Source: an uncultured delta proteobacterium
GTDB taxonomy: Bacteria; Myxococcota_A; UBA9160; UBA4427
Assembly: GCA_963822965.1 (NCBI GenBank)
Contig: CAWGJT010000010.1
Location: 704,001-768,000, forward strand
Length of the DNA stretch: 64,000 bases
Reading direction: 5' to 3'
In this document: positions 61,782 through 64,000 of the stretch, piece by piece
Position numbering within the stretch: the first letter of the stretch is position 1
Layout of the letters: the number at the start of each line of letters is the position of its first letter
Made by a program: the position numbers and the translations under genes
The notes under the pieces: model-generated
Told to the model about the DNA's origin: nothing
The model's database searches: none
Seen by the model: the letters and a program-made list of their open reading frames with translations, nothing else

Positions 61782-62935
61782 CTAGAGCCGCTCCAGGATC
61801 GTGACGTTCGCCTGCCCGCCGCCCTCGCACATGGTCTGCAGCCCGTAGCGGCCGCCGGTGCGCTCGAGCTCGTGGAGCAGCGTCGTCATCAGTCGCGCGC
61901 CCGTGGCGCCGAGGGGGTGTCCCAGCGCGATGGCGCCGCCGTTGACGTTGACCTTCGACAGGTCGGCCCCCGTCTCCCGCTGCCAGGCGATCACGACCGA
62001 CGCGAAGGCCTCGTTGATCTCCACGAGATCGATGTCCGAGAGCTTCATGCCCGTCTTCTCGAGCGCGTGGTCGGTGGCGGGGATGGGCGCGGTCAGCATC
62101 CAGATGGGATCCGCACCGCGCACGCTCAGGTGGTGGATTCGCGCGCGGGGCGTGAGGCCGTGGCGCTTCAGGCCGGCCTCGGAGACGATCAGCAGCGCCG
62201 CGGAGCCGTCGGCGATCTGGCTGGAGACCGCGGCGGTGAGGCGGCCGCCCTCCACCAGGGTGTTCAGGGTGGCCATCTTCTCGAGCGAGCTTCCCCGGCG
62301 CGGGGTCTCGTCGTCCGCGAACTCGCCGAAGGGGACGATCTCCCGGCTGGAAGCGGCCTTCGTCGATGGCGCGGATCGCGCGCTCGTTGCTCTCCAGCGC
62401 GAAGCGCTCCATCTCCTCGCGGGAGATGTCCCACTTCTCGGCGATCATCTCCGCCGCGTTGAACTGCGACACCTCCACGGTGCCGTAGCGCTCCACCCAG
62501 CCCTTCGAGGTGGAGAAGGGGTCCTGGAAGCCCAGGGGCTCGGCGCACAGCATGGCGGACGAGATCGGGATCTGGTTCATGTTCTGGACGCCGCCGGCGA
62601 CCACCACGTCGCTGGTGCCGCTCATGACGGCCTGGGCGGCGAAGTGGACGGCCTGCTGCGCCGATCCGCACTGGCGGTCGACGGTGGTGCCGGGCACCTC
62701 GTCGGGCAGGCCCGCGGCGAGCCAGCAGGTGCGCGCGATGTCGCCGGCCTGGGGGCCGATGGTGTCGCACGCAGCCGAAGATCACGTCCTCGACGGCGCG
62801 CGGGTCGACGTCGTTGCGATCGACGATGGCCCGAAGGACGTGGGCGCCGATGTCGGCCGGATGGACGCCCGCCAGGCTTCCCTTCTTGCGGCCGACCGGC
62901 GTGCGGACGGCGTCGACGATGTACGCTTCGGGCAT
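61782..62935 (-). CDS. fadA6: Thiolase, FadA6-like (frameshifted)
   Basis: EAYIVDAVRTPVG, VDRQCGSAQQA, GGVQNMNQIPISSAM, NEAF, GHPLGATG, MCEGGG. Confidence 0.75.
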
Positions 62936-63015
62936 GGCAGCGGTTCCTCGTGCGTGGAGGGCGGCGGCTCGCCGCCCCGGGTGACGGGCGGCCTGAGGCC
63001 GCCGTGGGGGTCGGG

Positions 63016-64000
63016 TCAGGCGGCCTTCACGATCACCGAAGAGCCGTGACCGAAGAGTCCCTGGTTGGCGGTGATGCCCACGCGGGCGCCTTCGACCTGT
63101 CGCTCGCCCGCCTCGCCGCGGATCTGCCAGGCCAGCTCGCACACCTGGGCGAGCGCCTGGGCGGGCACGGCTTCGCCGAAGCAGCCGAGGCCGCCCGAGG
63201 CGTTCACGGGGATGCGCCCGCCGAGGCGGGTGTCGCCGTTGCGCAGCAGCCGCTCCGCCTCGCCCGGCTTGCACAGGCCGATGTTCTCGTACCAGTCGAG
63301 CTCGAGGGCCGAGGAGAGGTCGTAGACCTCCGCGAGGGAGAGATCCTCGGGCCCGAGCCCCGCCTCCTCGTAGGCGGCGTGGGCGATCGAGTCCCGGAAC
63401 GTGCGATCGGGCGCAGGGATGCCGGCGGCGGAGTCCGTCGAGAAGGCCGGCATGTCGATCACGGTGTCGGGGAAGGTGGGGGTCACCGTCGAGATGGCAG
63501 CGATGCGCGGGGCCTTGGCGGCGCCGTGCCGCTTCGCGAAATCGAGGGACGAGATCACCACCGCGGCGCCGCCGTCGCTGGTGGCGCAGATCTCGAGCAG
63601 GCGCAGCGGGTCGGCCACCATCGCCGACTGCAGCACCTCCTCCTCGGTGAAGATCTTCTTGTAGCGCGCGTTCGGGTTCGAGATGCCGTGGCGGCTGTTC
63701 TTCGACCTTCACGTGGGCGAAGTCCTGCTCGGTGGCGCCGTAGAGGTCCATCCGGCGGCGGGCGTAGAGGCCGAAGTAGGTGGGATTGGTGGCGCCGAGC
63801 AGCCGGAAGCGCAGCCAGTCGGGATCGAGCACCCGCTCGCCCTTGTTGGGGGCCAGGAAGCCCTTGGGCGTCGTGTCGGCGCCCACCACGATGGCGACGT
63901 CGCACATGCCGGCGAGGATGCGCGTGCGCGCAGCCTCGAGGGCCTGGGAGCCCGTCGCGCAGGCCGCGTAGTTGCTGCTGACGGGAATGCCCGTCCAGCC
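63016..64000 (-). CDS. SCP2-thiolase-like lipid-transfer protein (5' end outside the window; frameshift near 63705)
   Basis: YAACATG, ICATSDGGAA, AEVYDL, NASGGL, NQGLFGHG. Confidence 0.82.

Noticed and set aside
129..63981. Numerous long antisense or alternate-frame ORFs (e.g. 379-3111, 25853-27901, 51361-53916)
   Set aside because: They are Arg/Pro/Gly-rich shadows of real genes, expected at this GC content, with no recognisable motifs.

Overview
Very GC-rich bacterial DNA. Diderm markers (outer-membrane beta-barrel, LpxL-like acyltransferase, IPTL-CTERM-like anchor) suggest a Gram-negative lineage, possibly Myxococcota-like; this is inference only. The window is dominated by lipid and steroid catabolism genes resembling the mycobacterial cholesterol sets. 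These include an igr-like acyl-CoA dehydrogenase/racemase/MaoC operon, fadD3 divergent from fadE30-ipdF, and a fadA6/Rv3548c/Rv3549c-like operon, along with CaiB CoA-transferases and a P450 with a TetR regulator. It also carries a xylose-type ABC transporter, ilvD, an RNA methyltransferase and other transporters. Accessory elements: (1) a compact PKS-free cluster (two methyltransferase-fold proteins, adenylating ligase, chorismate-lyase-like protein, flavin halogenase, ACP, LpxL-like acyltransferase) that plausibly makes and transfers a halogenated hydroxybenzoyl group; (2) a lipoprotein-type Rhs protein with a hydrophobic C-terminal domain and a 56-aa candidate immunity gene; (3) a 14-repeat FG-GAP surface protein next to a wHTH-STAND regulator; (4) a 44-bp hairpin element present twice, 41 kb apart; (5) a recurring ATACG-N8-CGTAT operator-like motif. 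Many genes at about 16-18.7, 35.3-36.1, 38-45, 55.6-56.4 and 59-63.7 kb carry single-base frameshifts, most likely read or assembly errors. No rRNA, tRNA, CRISPR array or transposase was recognised. All family calls come from motif recognition by eye, not database searches.
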